From an uncultured Nitrososphaerales archaeon (GTDB lineage Archaea > Thermoproteota > Nitrososphaeria > Nitrososphaerales > Nitrososphaeraceae): DNA of 64,000 bases. Below, piece by piece: positions 41,712 through 51,577 of the stretch. The notes beneath the pieces were generated by a model that was given only the letters and a program-made list of their open reading frames with translations, was not told the origin of the DNA and made no database searches. The first letter of the stretch is position 1. Each line of letters opens with the position of its first letter. Both the position numbers and the translations under genes were made by a program. The DNA is taken from positions 128,001-192,000 of the forward strand of contig CAVPXM010000063.1 in the NCBI GenBank assembly GCA_963709405.1. The letters are read 5' to 3'.

Positions 41712-42320
41712 TTGGTACAACATAAGCTCAAGTTAGTAATTTTGTTTTATTTTTTGTTATTCCTCTGTCTTTCAAATTTGCAACTTAATCCCCGAGAAAT
41801 CGCGAAGGCGGTTGTAAAAAATCAATCGTCTAGCGCCACTCCGGGTCAAGATTATGCAATCTATGATAATTCAAAATATGGAATAAGATTAAAATATCCT
41901 CACAATTGGAATACAGTTGAAAATGTGGGCAACATCTCAAATCATGCTATCGTTGTAAATTTGTATTCATATGGATATAGCAATATATCGGCATACACAC
42001 AGAACGTAAATCTAGTAATTGGTCGACTCTCCGATGACAATACTTCTCTTCATAATTATACCACCGCAGGTATCGCTTTGCTTGCCCATCAATTCAATAA
42101 CTTTACTCTTGATCAAACGAACATGACAACCCTGTCAGGCAATCCAGCAAATGAGATTATTTACTCCTTAAACGATGGTCAAACATCAGTAAAACAGATG
42201 CAGGCTTGGACCCTGAAAGATGGCAAGGATTATATTCTTACATATTCAGTCGCTCCTGCAAAACAGTTCGATATTTCAACTGCCAAGAACATATTTGATT
42301 CATTTGTGATACTTAAATGA
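41712..42320 (+). CDS. Secreted PsbP-like protein
   Basis: N-terminal hydrophobic signal; YDNSKYGIRLKYPHNW, TTLSGNPA, YILTYS, IFDSF. Confidence 0.8.
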   Translation: MVQHKLKLVILFYFLLFLCLSNLQLNPREIAKAVVKNQSSSATPGQDYAIYDNSKYGIRLKYPHNWNTVENVGNISNHAIVVNLYSYGYSNISAYTQNVNLVIGRLSDDNTSLHNYTTAGIALLAHQFNNFTLDQTNMTTLSGNPANEIIYSLNDGQTSVKQMQAWTLKDGKDYILTYSVAPAKQFDISTAKNIFDSFVILK

Positions 42321-42525
42321 GAAAAGAATTGTAATAATGCAGATATGCCATGCCAGTATATCATGGTATTGATGATAGTTGCTCATTGAGAGGACTCGTA
42401 TTCATTTTCTTTGAGAAGCGAAGTCATCCAAACATAGCTAACTTCCTCACAAGCTTTAATGAATGCATTCATCGTTTTCTTACTCTAGAGAACATATTTA
42501 TAATAATGTGAAAGACTAGACTTAA

Positions 42526-43515
42526 GTGAAAATTCGTTTTAAGATTCATCTGTTTATAGTACTTTTTCTCTTTTTTCTCTCGAATAGTTTCACTTATGAT
42601 CAATTCATTACTGCGAAGACACCTCCAGACCAGAATCAGAAGCCAGTGCCACTGGACGTAAGGATTGTTTCACCATTGAGAGATCAACATCTTCTTGCAT
42701 CAGATCTAGGTAATATGATTATTACAGGAATGGCCAGCTACAACAATTCGCCAAAGTGTGCAGTGTATGTCAATTTTAATAACGAGAACGTTTTTAGACA
42801 AGCTACCGCAATAGGAACCGAAGGAAGGGCAGATTATTCTATCTGGAAATATACATTGGATCCTCGGCATGATTTAATCAAGGAAGGGATCAATCGGCTG
42901 ACCGCCAAGATATCCTGTCTCGATTCTAACTCCCTTCAGAACTCAATGAACTATACGCAAGATATCAACGTCATAATTCCACCGAAGATGTTCAATTCAG
43001 GCAAATATTTGGCAGTAGGCCCCAACATAGGAGCATTAGCCGCTGTGGCCGCAGATAAGGCGATCTTAAATGGTACTATCGCCAAACCAGAATCTATTAT
43101 TTCTGAAAAAAAATATAACGACGCGCTAGGAATTAATATAGGAGCATTAGCCGCTGTGGCCGCAGATAAGGCAATCATAGATGCCACGATTACTCAATTG
43201 AATGCCTCTGCAATCACAACCCGGATTGCAAAAAGTACTATTCATACTGGAGACAATCAAAGTATTACCATTACGGTTTTCGATAAATTAACGAAGAAGG
43301 CATTACGGGAAGCGAGCGTCGACGGATGGGTATCCGATTCGTCAGGCATTACAACCAGGTTTTTGTCAGGTTTGACTAATGCTTCAGGGGCTCTGACTAG
43401 TTCATGGAACATAGCCAAAGGTACAACTCCAGGTAAAGTTACGATATTTGTAGAGGCCTACCACACAGGGTATCAAAGATCCACAAAGTCTGAATTTTTT
43501 ATTATAAAGTCATAA
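42526..43515 (+). CDS. Secreted/surface protein with Ig-like domains and an internal duplicated motif
   Basis: Signal peptide; VRIVSP, EGINRLTAKISC, C-terminal beta-rich domain. Confidence 0.75.
   Translation: MKIRFKIHLFIVLFLFFLSNSFTYDQFITAKTPPDQNQKPVPLDVRIVSPLRDQHLLASDLGNMIITGMASYNNSPKCAVYVNFNNENVFRQATAIGTEGRADYSIWKYTLDPRHDLIKEGINRLTAKISCLDSNSLQNSMNYTQDINVIIPPKMFNSGKYLAVGPNIGALAAVAADKAILNGTIAKPESIISEKKYNDALGINIGALAAVAADKAIIDATITQLNASAITTRIAKSTIHTGDNQSITITVFDKLTKKALREASVDGWVSDSSGITTRFLSGLTNASGALTSSWNIAKGTTPGKVTIFVEAYHTGYQRSTKSEFFIIKS
43027..43172 (+). repeat. Exact 35-bp in-frame direct repeat (111-bp spacing)
   Basis: ATAGGAGCATTAGCCGCTGTGGCCGCAGATAAGGC at 43027-43061 and 43138-43172. Confidence 0.9.
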
Positions 43516-43774
43516 AGTTCAGTGCGAGCAAGTATAAAATAGTGCTCGAATATAAATGATATCGAAATTGTATTTTCTATTTTGTCAGAGGCAAATCTCG
43601 ATTAAAACAGATTGTAGAATATCATGACAAATAGAGTAAAAGACCTTCACTAATATTGCAGACGATTAATTCACATCAGTGACTAACAAATAGATACCAA
43701 CCGTGAACCTGAATAACCTAACATCTTGTACCCTTCAACTACATCCCAAAACAAATAGTAAATTCGTTCAAGCG

Positions 43775-45702
43775 CTACATGGATGACATTGCAGTTATTC
43801 CTAATAGTTGGAAGACATTTTTCATCGTGATGTCAAATGATTTAATCAAAGCCAATCTTAAGATAGCCTTTTCTTTGTTTGGTTCCCGCAGAACAGGAAC
43901 CTGTTCATAAAAATAATTGAATTTTACTGATAACCTGTAAGCATATCTAGCAACTACTTTTGGGTTTAAATTTTTCGTAGCATCCTCCAAAATGAGGTCA
44001 AATTTCGCAATCTCTTTCATTAATGAAATTTCTGAATCTTCGGACAATAATGCAAAATTAATTTTCAATAATGCCACATTAGATTTTTCCAAAATTCTTT
44101 GAGATCTCGCATAAGCGTACTGCAAGTAAGGGCCTGTATCGCCTTCAAGGCTTAATGACTCAGTGATATCGAAGGTAATCATTTTGTCCAAATCTTGCTT
44201 TATAAGATTGTATCTCAGAGCCGATATTGCAATGTCTTCAGCACCCTGGTGTGCTGAAAATTCCTCGGAACTATTGCGTCGCTTTTTTATCTCTGCTAAC
44301 GCCTTACGCTGCAAAATGTCAAGAACATAATCTGCGTTCACATAGATGCCTTTTCTGCCTGACATATGAGCAAAGTTCTTTTGTCCTATATCTAATCCAA
44401 TTATCTGAGCAGTATTAGAACTCAAGGTAACTGGTTCATACCCCAGGTGACGATACTCCCTAGTGTCTTTTTCTTGTATCTTAGCTATAACATATGACAC
44501 TAACGTCTGCAATTTTGATTGTCTGGAATCAATTATGGTAACCGCTAGCTCAGCTGAATTAAATTTAGGATGATCCGTTGAATCACAAATTGGGTCAAGT
44601 GACGTGGCCCAGATGACTGAACCATCCCATTGTTTACCATATTTGTAGTAACCGGAATAATCAGGAATCAAGCCTAATTTCCATAAAGCATACGGAATAT
44701 CCTTAGCTATGTAAGTTGCAGTTCCGTCGCTCCGGACAACAACCTTGTCATCAGTAAAGTCGGTTTTTATCACCCAACAATCCTTATTTTTCCCTTCGGT
44801 TTCTAAAACTATGACGGCTTTATTCTTCAGAATCTCAAAGGTCGTACTCCATTGCCTAGAGCCGACAATGTGAGATTCAAAACTCAATAAATCATAGCGA
44901 GCTTTTAACCTCCAACATGTTTTGAGTTGGTCGGCCAAGACCCTCTGACTAATTTCCGCTGCAAATTTTGCAATGTCTGACTTTCCTATTTCCATTTCTT
45001 TTAAAACATATCTTCTTTTTTCTTCTAAGCTTCTGATCTACTGCGTATAATTCGTTTATTTTTATATAAACCTCATCACCACAGTATCTATCAAACTTTA
45101 AACCTAGGGTGGGATTCATAGAAAAGCCAGCAAAAAGGAATCCAACAACAAGATCAGCCACTTGTAACCCAGAATCATCGATGTAGTTTAGCACAACTGG
45201 TTTGTAATTGGTCGCCTGCAATATTCTGTACAAAGTATCTCCAATTACAAGGTTCCGTACATGTCCTATGTGCAAAGCCTTGTTAGGATTTACGCTAGTA
45301 TGTTCTATAATCACTGGCTTTCCTTTCCCAATATCAGGATGTCCATAGGCCGGATTTTTCAGGATTTCACTTACGGCAGATGTGGCCAAGGTTGGCAGCA
45401 TTTATTTTAAAGTTGATATAGCCTGCAATATGCGGATTTGCAGATTCTATTAAGGATAAGCGTCCCCTCCTCTTGCAATCTTCCAAATAAGGAATAATAT
45501 GGCTAACAACAAAATTTTCTGCAATTACGCTTGGTTTTTGACCGGTAATTTTCCCTATTAGAAAAGCGACGTTCGTTGTCATGTCTCCGAATTCTGTTCT
45601 TGATGGCTGTGTTATGTCATAATTAAGCTCATGAATGCCTAAAATCTTAAGACCGTCAGAAATCATATTGCGTACCTCTTCGATGGCTATCTTAAACGTC
45701 AT
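43775..45702 (-). CDS. argS: Arginine--tRNA ligase (two 1-bp frameshifts near 45390 and 45027)
   Basis: FGD.TTN, GYINF, EHTSVNPNKALHIGH, RSDGTATY, MSGRKG, GDTGPYLQYAYAR spread across three overlapping ORFs. Confidence 0.95.
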
Positions 45703-46408
45703 TATTCGACTTCAATCCTAAATACTCGTGAGTTATTAGATTTAATGCCTGAATTAGCCCTCTTCCCTGCCTACCACTGACCACGCACTTGGCGACAGCC
45801 TTTACGTTGTCGGCTGCTTGTCCTAACGCAACACTCAATCCACATATATAGAATAGTGGAATATCTGTTTCACTATCTCCAATCGCTACTGTTTCTTCAG
45901 GCTTGCCTCCCAAAACGCGCAAAGCCTCCAAAAGTCCAGTGCCTTTGTCTATGCCCTTTTCATTAATATGATAAGCGTACATGCTGTCGTTCAAACTCAA
46001 ATTTAGATTATGCTTGTCTAATATCATTTGACCTTGTTCTAGATCAAATGTTCTGTATAACACAACCTCTGTGTGTCGATAAAATACTGGCTTAATCTTC
46101 ACGTCTTTAAGGTTTCGACGCAACACCTCATATCCATTCTCACAAGCGGCCTTTTTTGCCAATAATATACGTTGATGCGGAGCAAGCATTACCACCCCTC
46201 CATTTTCTCCGACAGATAGTTTTGTCGTTCCACCAAAGTTTGCCAGGACATATGCCTCTTCGGATGACCTCCCGGTAACATAAATAATTTTATACCCAAG
46301 ATTTTCTAGATATCGTAAAGAGGCAAGTGCAGGTAAGTAAACGATTCCTCCTCCATTCTCTGTTAGAGTACCATCAATATCAATCGCGAAATATCTAATC
46401 AAAACCAA
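45692..46408 (-). CDS. Phosphoglycolate phosphatase, archaeal SPP-like HAD hydrolase
   Basis: DIDGTLT, VTGRS, GENGG, DKG.GL, IGDSETD. Confidence 0.9.
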   Translation of the reverse strand: MVLIRYFAIDIDGTLTENGGGIVYLPALASLRYLENLGYKIIYVTGRSSEEAYVLANFGGTTKLSVGENGGVVMLAPHQRILLAKKAACENGYEVLRRNLKDVKIKPVFYRHTEVVLYRTFDLEQGQMILDKHNLNLSLNDSMYAYHINEKGIDKGTGLLEALRVLGGKPEETVAIGDSETDIPLFYICGLSVALGQAADNVKAVAKCVVSGRQGRGLIQALNLITHEYLGLKSNNDV

Positions 46409-46579
46409 GCAATATGAGTAGACTTGTCTTTTGGGATATAAGTAGTATTATTGATACAATTGAGCATTTAAACACATAATAAATCGTGACACATTATATA
46501 TTCATCTATAAAACCCCATTTCTCAATTCCAGTAGCGGCCAGGGAACGATCGGCGTTTAGCACAGGAACAGTATTTCTT

Positions 46580-46598
46580 TGGAGTGATAGTCACTCCA
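46580..46598. terminator. Perfect hairpin TGGAGTGA-TAG-TCACTCCA
   Basis: 8-bp stem just downstream of the stop of 46616..46987(-); function as a terminator is uncertain in archaea. Confidence 0.3.
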
Positions 46599-46615
46599 TT
46601 AATTTTAAGGTTAAA

Positions 46616-46987
46616 CTATGTCGCTGTAACTTCCAGTTTGCGTTCCAAATTTTTAGTCTTAAAATCAATAGAGGACCGTAATGGGAATCGCTTCATACTC
46701 ACTGATTTTTGTTTACTCGTTCTCAATTTTATCTTAAATCCATATTGACCATTATTACTCCACTTATCAATTTCTGTAATATTACCCATACCTACGACCC
46801 GTTCGCCACCATCAGTGACGACAGTGAAATGAGTCGTATCTCCAGATTTAATTGAGTTAAGATTTTCATAGAAATGATGCCAATCAAGTGGATTTTTTAT
46901 CAATGCTTCAACTGTTACTATATCACCTACACTTATACTGCTTATGTATGAATCTAGGATTTCTAAGTAGCCGATTCGAACATACAT
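46616..46987 (-). CDS. Hypothetical protein
   Basis: 123-aa ORF with ATG start and a TATA-like element about 25-30 bp upstream. Confidence 0.65.
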   Translation of the reverse strand: MYVRIGYLEILDSYISSISVGDIVTVEALIKNPLDWHHFYENLNSIKSGDTTHFTVVTDGGERVVGMGNITEIDKWSNNGQYGFKIKLRTSKQKSVSMKRFPLRSSIDFKTKNLERKLEVTAT

Positions 46988-47133
46988 AACAGTATAATGG
47001 CAGCTATAAATATATAGCTTTTGAAGTACGATTCGTATTAATATTAAATACTTTAGGTGGATATGATATTTTATATATATCTTTTGATTAATTACTATGA
47101 GAAATTTGGAACATGGTAATTAGTCCGGTCATT

Positions 47134-47165
47134 ATTTAAATATACTTGGGAATTTAAATATACTT
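47134..47165 (+). promoter_or_regulatory. Tandemly duplicated TATA-containing 14-mer upstream of tRNA-Arg
   Basis: ATTTAAATATACTT at 47134-47147 and 47152-47165; the proximal TTTAAATA is 23-30 bp before the tRNA. Confidence 0.65.
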
Positions 47166-47182
47166 ACGTGCATCTATATCGT

Positions 47183-47270
47183 GGGTCCGTGACCCAGTCA
47201 GGAGAGGGTGCTGAAGATATGCATTAGCCTCCGAAGCCAGCCTGCACGGGATCGAAGCCCGTCGGACCCG
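47183..47270 (+). tRNA. tRNA-Arg(CCG) with a 13-nt intron at position 29/30 (47214-47226)
   Basis: Acceptor GGGTCCG/CGGACCC; removing AAGATATGCATTA restores CTGGC-CT-CCG-AA-GCCAG; BHB with bulges TGA/TAG around helix GTGC:GCAT. Confidence 0.9.
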
Positions 47271-47429
47271 ATTTCTTTTGCTAGTCACATTTACGACGCC
47301 TTGCTTAGTAATATATCCATTCCTAGAGAATCATACAAGCTAACTATGATGAAACAGATCTAGCGCATCCATTCACAACTTACAAAAATGCGCAACTTTA
47401 TATACGAGGTCAAAACTCAATTATATGAT

Positions 47430-47816
47430 TTGTCAATTGATGTTCTCACCTTGAATGATCATGATAATTCTTTGTTGAACAGAAGAGAAATTAGCGTTAT
47501 ATTTAGTAATGCAGCAGGAAAGATAAAAAGAATAGAAGCTGCACAATTGGTAGCAAATAAGAACAATGTGGATCCCAAGAATGTGATTCCCATTTCTATG
47601 AATGGACAGAAAGGCAAAACTGATCTGCATGGCACGTTCTATATTTATAATAGTCTAGAGCAAGCGAAGTCTCAGCTTCCTCGATATAGGATTCTGAGAA
47701 CGCTGCCTAAAGATGAGAGAAAAAAAATAATCGACGAAGAGAAAGCTGCGCGATTGAAAGCTAAGCAAGCTCTAGCGAAGGGATCAAAGAGCGCTTCAGG
47801 TAAGGGGAAGAAATAA
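47430..47816 (+). CDS. rps24e: 30S ribosomal protein S24e
   Basis: NSLLNRREI, G...IY; in-frame TTG at 47430 lies about 26-33 bp after TTTATATA; adjacent to rps27ae. Confidence 0.85.
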   Translation: MSIDVLTLNDHDNSLLNRREISVIFSNAAGKIKRIEAAQLVANKNNVDPKNVIPISMNGQKGKTDLHGTFYIYNSLEQAKSQLPRYRILRTLPKDERKKIIDEEKAARLKAKQALAKGSKSASGKGKK

Positions 47817-48035
47817 TTGGCTAAAAAAGCTAAGTCTGCGGCCGGTGGCGAGGTATCCATATACAAGTTCTATAAGATGCAAGGCGATAAACTTACCCGG
47901 AATAAGCGGGAATGCCCAAGATGTGGAAAGGGCGTATTTATGGCGGAGCATAAGGATAGAAATACATGTGGTAAATGTGGATTTACTGAATTTAGGCGAA
48001 ATGACGAGTCCAGTAAGGATAGCAAGAAAAACTAG
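47817..48035 (+). CDS. rps27ae: 30S ribosomal protein S27ae
   Basis: CPRCGKGVFMAEHKDRNTCGKCGFTE. Confidence 0.96.
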   Translation: MAKKAKSAAGGEVSIYKFYKMQGDKLTRNKRECPRCGKGVFMAEHKDRNTCGKCGFTEFRRNDESSKDSKKN

Positions 48036-48044
48036 GCGCATGGT

Positions 48045-49709
48045 TTATGCTCCTAATTCATGACTGATAATTTGTCCAATCGACCGAGTAATTGTAGGAT
48101 ATAGGTATTCAATGTATCGCTCAGATCTAGCAAGATCTTGGAGCCTCTCGCTGTTTGCCTTTTTTTTATAACCCCTGAAGAATACTCTAGCCATTTTTTT
48201 TGCCAGATCGGTGTTCGATGTCTTGCCGATAGTGTAAGCAAAAAACCGAATTGTATCCCAATTCGGATCACCTGTGTCAAATTTAAAATCGTTTAAGCCG
48301 GTAAAATAAATATGTTTATTAGTTATAATAATATCTTGAGGTCGCAAATCTCCCAAAGTTGATTGTTTGCAATGGATCATGGCGATTTGTTCTCCGAAAG
48401 TCCCTAGCCAATCTAACGAACTTTCGCGTCTCCCTACGAGTAAATCATTTGCCAGTATCTTCATTGTTACTCCTTCGATATGTTGAGTTATCAGCAGCCT
48501 TTTTCCGATGACCAGAGCTTCAACCAATGGAGTCTTCAATCCAATGGAGCGCAGATATCTCAATGCTTTGTACTCAGTCGCAAGTCTGAAAAGCGGAGAT
48601 GATTTGAATTTTTTTTGTGAATTCAACCACGAACCGAAGCTTGATTTTTCCCAATAACTTGATTCAGCTAGATTCTTAACTACTACCGACTTTTGGTTTT
48701 TCTTATCTGCATCTACGATGGTGTATTTCCATACACCACTATTTACTTTTCCTAGTCTTTGCTTAAAAGCGATTTGAAACATCTCAAAACCTGCATATTC
48801 AGCGTATTTTTGTAGCCAATTCGTGCCACTGAATATCAACTTACCTTCTGGTAGTTTCCAATACACTTCCTCCGGGCTTGTAATAAATCTAGGAATTATA
48901 ACGGAACATCTTCTTTGCCTTCTAATTTTTGACCGGGTTTCTGTTACCATGTAATGCAGTATTTTCCTTCCTGCGTAAACATGAATCGCATATGAACTTA
49001 GTTCATGTAATTTTTTTTCTAGCCGTAGGCATACGTTTCCACCGGAATTGCTCGTACGGTAGTGTAGGCCAGCTAGGCGTAGCAAATTCTTATTGATAGT
49101 AACACTTGCTAATGGTTTGTCATCAGACGTAATCTCTCGAAACGCTGATTCATAGCCCCTAAGAGCAATCTTAGTATTCGGGCCAGCATTATTCCCCATA
49201 TATGTTTGGTAAAAGCTATAAACTGCGTTCGGGTACAATGTACACCTGCTCCTTATTTTTGAAAACATTATGTACTCCAATGGAAACGAAATTTCAGTAC
49301 AGAGCATAGACAAGGACCTTGCTATATCGCTTATTTGTTCGATAATAACTCGTTTCTTATAGAATTTCTCAAGCCTTTCAAAAAGCGCAGGATTTATGAT
49401 TGGATTATACACATGTAATAAACGCCCAATTACAAACTCACCAAGGAACGCGGCCTTTGCATCTTTTTCGATCGATAGAAGATCAACTATCAAGGCAGAA
49501 ATTCTAATGCCTTGTCTTTTCATGTATAGATATTTTACAACATGAGAGTAATTATCAAGTACGACTATAACATCATAATCACTATCTGTCCTAGCGTAAC
49601 CAGCAGCCCTTGAACCGTATAAGCAAACTCCTGCTATGTCTTTACCTTTAGTTATCTGACTAACACACTCATTTATTGCCTTTAATTCATTATTATGGAT
49701 GCTAGACAT
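48045..49709 (-). CDS. Pol-beta-type nucleotidyltransferase fused to a degenerate Bud32/Kdo-like kinase domain
   Basis: YGSRAAGYARTDSDYD; C-terminal VVVK, EYKAL..L..IGLKTP, IH.....GDLRPQD. Confidence 0.75.
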   Translation of the reverse strand: MSSIHNNELKAINECVSQITKGKDIAGVCLYGSRAAGYARTDSDYDVIVVLDNYSHVVKYLYMKRQGIRISALIVDLLSIEKDAKAAFLGEFVIGRLLHVYNPIINPALFERLEKFYKKRVIIEQISDIARSLSMLCTEISFPLEYIMFSKIRSRCTLYPNAVYSFYQTYMGNNAGPNTKIALRGYESAFREITSDDKPLASVTINKNLLRLAGLHYRTSNSGGNVCLRLEKKLHELSSYAIHVYAGRKILHYMVTETRSKIRRQRRCSVIIPRFITSPEEVYWKLPEGKLIFSGTNWLQKYAEYAGFEMFQIAFKQRLGKVNSGVWKYTIVDADKKNQKSVVVKNLAESSYWEKSSFGSWLNSQKKFKSSPLFRLATEYKALRYLRSIGLKTPLVEALVIGKRLLITQHIEGVTMKILANDLLVGRRESSLDWLGTFGEQIAMIHCKQSTLGDLRPQDIIITNKHIYFTGLNDFKFDTGDPNWDTIRFFAYTIGKTSNTDLAKKMARVFFRGYKKKANSERLQDLARSERYIEYLYPTITRSIGQIISHELGA

Positions 49710-50415
49710 ACTTACGAATTCTTCCGCCGTTAAACTTTTCGCTTTCGAATTCGTATATCTTTTCTTTCAGTGCCGGGTCTATTTGAAGCGATGCAATCTT
49801 ATCTATTGGCAATCTAATCACGTTTGATTCCACTGGTATCCTGGTTACTGGAAGTCCCTTGTACATCCATTCTTTTAAGACTCTATCCTCCAGTCGATTG
49901 TCCTTGAAACCTACTGGAAATTTACGTAGGATATGACGTATTAAAGTAGGATCGCTTTGAAATACTACTTTTTCCTGCAAAAGTCGGGTGTGATCTGCAT
50001 ATTTTTGCTCAAACAACGAACGTGAGATCTCATCAGAGAGGATTTCCATCTTGATTATCTTACTCATCAATTGGAGGTAATGGATAAACTCGTGTGCCAA
50101 AATTGCATGTATGGTACCAAGGAGACCGTATATGACCAAGGGAGCAGTTACTTGGATCACAATAGTTAGGTGATTATCAAGAACTATTGGAATTGTTCTC
50201 GCGAAAAAAATCCCAAATTGCCCCGTCTCCGTCTCCGAAGTTGAGACCACGAGGTTTGGTTCAACGTAGTAAAGTGGGTATTTTATCCCAGTTGCTCTTT
50301 CTACGCGTAGAATTCCTTGAGTTACGAGATGAAATCGGTCATTTATAAGCTTGTAAACCCTTGTGGGGAGCAGGCCCGAGTCCGTTGTATTTCGTACTTT
50401 TTTTAACGGGTCCAA
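49702..50415 (-). CDS. Hypothetical protein with HExxH motif (putative metalloprotease)
   Basis: AILAHEFIHYL; 8-bp overlap with the downstream gene. Confidence 0.7.
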   Translation of the reverse strand: MDPLKKVRNTTDSGLLPTRVYKLINDRFHLVTQGILRVERATGIKYPLYYVEPNLVVSTSETETGQFGIFFARTIPIVLDNHLTIVIQVTAPLVIYGLLGTIHAILAHEFIHYLQLMSKIIKMEILSDEISRSLFEQKYADHTRLLQEKVVFQSDPTLIRHILRKFPVGFKDNRLEDRVLKEWMYKGLPVTRIPVESNVIRLPIDKIASLQIDPALKEKIYEFESEKFNGGRIRKYV

Positions 50416-50452
50416 TACCGGTCAGTCATTATAGTGATTAAGCTAAAAAACG

Positions 50453-51577
50453 TTACTGAACGACTACGTCCAATATGTCAAAGTACACACAATCACAGTT
50501 GGTGCCAACAAGCATTGAAACATTAGGATTCGCATATTCCATACCACCGACGAACTGTTTAATTGATAATCCACTATCCGCATCAATGGTCAGATAAAAC
50601 TGGTTGTTATCAACCCTATTCACCATAACAGAGTAAATTTTTTTTTCACTTAAGCTAAACTTACTTTTCAGTTTCACAGTAGTCCCTGCCAATGAATCCA
50701 ATTGTTTCAGATCGGGCTCCAATCGCGATTCTGGACATCGTATCAAAATTTTTGTAATTGTTCTAGATCTCAACGGTGATCTAGTAAAACCTGCGCTAAG
50801 AAAATCAAGCTGGGCACTAACGTGATGCTCTTGAACAGTTATAGTATTGTTTGGAAAAGTTCTTTTTTTAGGATTTAGAACTTCTACATAAAAGGGTCTA
50901 CCTCTACCCAACACAAGGCTATTTTTATCTTCGCTCCCTAACCAACTAAACCGAACTCCACTACATTCGGTAGCAGCGATAACTTTATCAGAAATAATTG
51001 CTTCGACGCTCCTAACACTTGAATTATTAGCTATATTTGGCCGATTGTCAGCCAGATTTGAAATATTCTGAGGCTTAGGTTCTCTTTGAGATATGCCTCT
51101 TTGATTTTTTGTATATCTTCCTGCGGCTATCATAGATCTAGCCCTTGTTGAGATGGTGTGACCTTTATTCCAGAAAATATTCAGAGTGATCATAAGATCT
51201 GGTTTCTCAAATACCTCTTTTGCGCTAGTAAGTCTTTGAAATTTCTCTCTGACCTCACTTGTTATATGACTTTTTATACTTATCTTACCTCGAATTCTAT
51301 ACTTAGAGCGTACCTCGTCTTCCTTCTCGATGAATTGAGTGGCCAGTGAGGTTCCTATCAAGAAAGTATCAAATTCATATTGGCCATCTAACGTCGAGTG
51401 AATTTCCTGCGCCATGACACCTAGCTTATCCATGATTCCTTGGCATATATAACAGATAGATGATGCAGATAATGTTCCCTTCCGAGGTAACCCTTGTCTA
51501 GATCTGCATGCCTTACACAGATGGAAAGAGTTTTCAAAATTTCGTTTCAAGGATCTTCGTTCAGCATGATCAACCAA
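50453..51577 (-). CDS. pus10: Pus10-like tRNA pseudouridine synthase (divergent motifs)
   Basis: CxxC/CxxC Zn site, FDTFLIG, GRYTK..RGISQ, GSEDKNSLVLG.GRPF, GLSIKQFVGG, FDIL. Confidence 0.85.
   Translation of the reverse strand: MVDHAERRSLKRNFENSFHLCKACRSRQGLPRKGTLSASSICYICQGIMDKLGVMAQEIHSTLDGQYEFDTFLIGTSLATQFIEKEDEVRSKYRIRGKISIKSHITSEVREKFQRLTSAKEVFEKPDLMITLNIFWNKGHTISTRARSMIAAGRYTKNQRGISQREPKPQNISNLADNRPNIANNSSVRSVEAIISDKVIAATECSGVRFSWLGSEDKNSLVLGRGRPFYVEVLNPKKRTFPNNTITVQEHHVSAQLDFLSAGFTRSPLRSRTITKILIRCPESRLEPDLKQLDSLAGTTVKLKSKFSLSEKKIYSVMVNRVDNNQFYLTIDADSGLSIKQFVGGMEYANPNVSMLVGTNCDCVYFDILDVVVQ

Noticed and set aside
43027-43172. CRISPR-like interpretation of the 35-bp repeat
   Set aside because: Only two copies, a 76-bp spacer, in frame within a CDS, and no cas genes
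47346-47400. ATGATGA as a possible C box of a C/D sRNA
   Set aside because: No CTGA D box at a suitable distance
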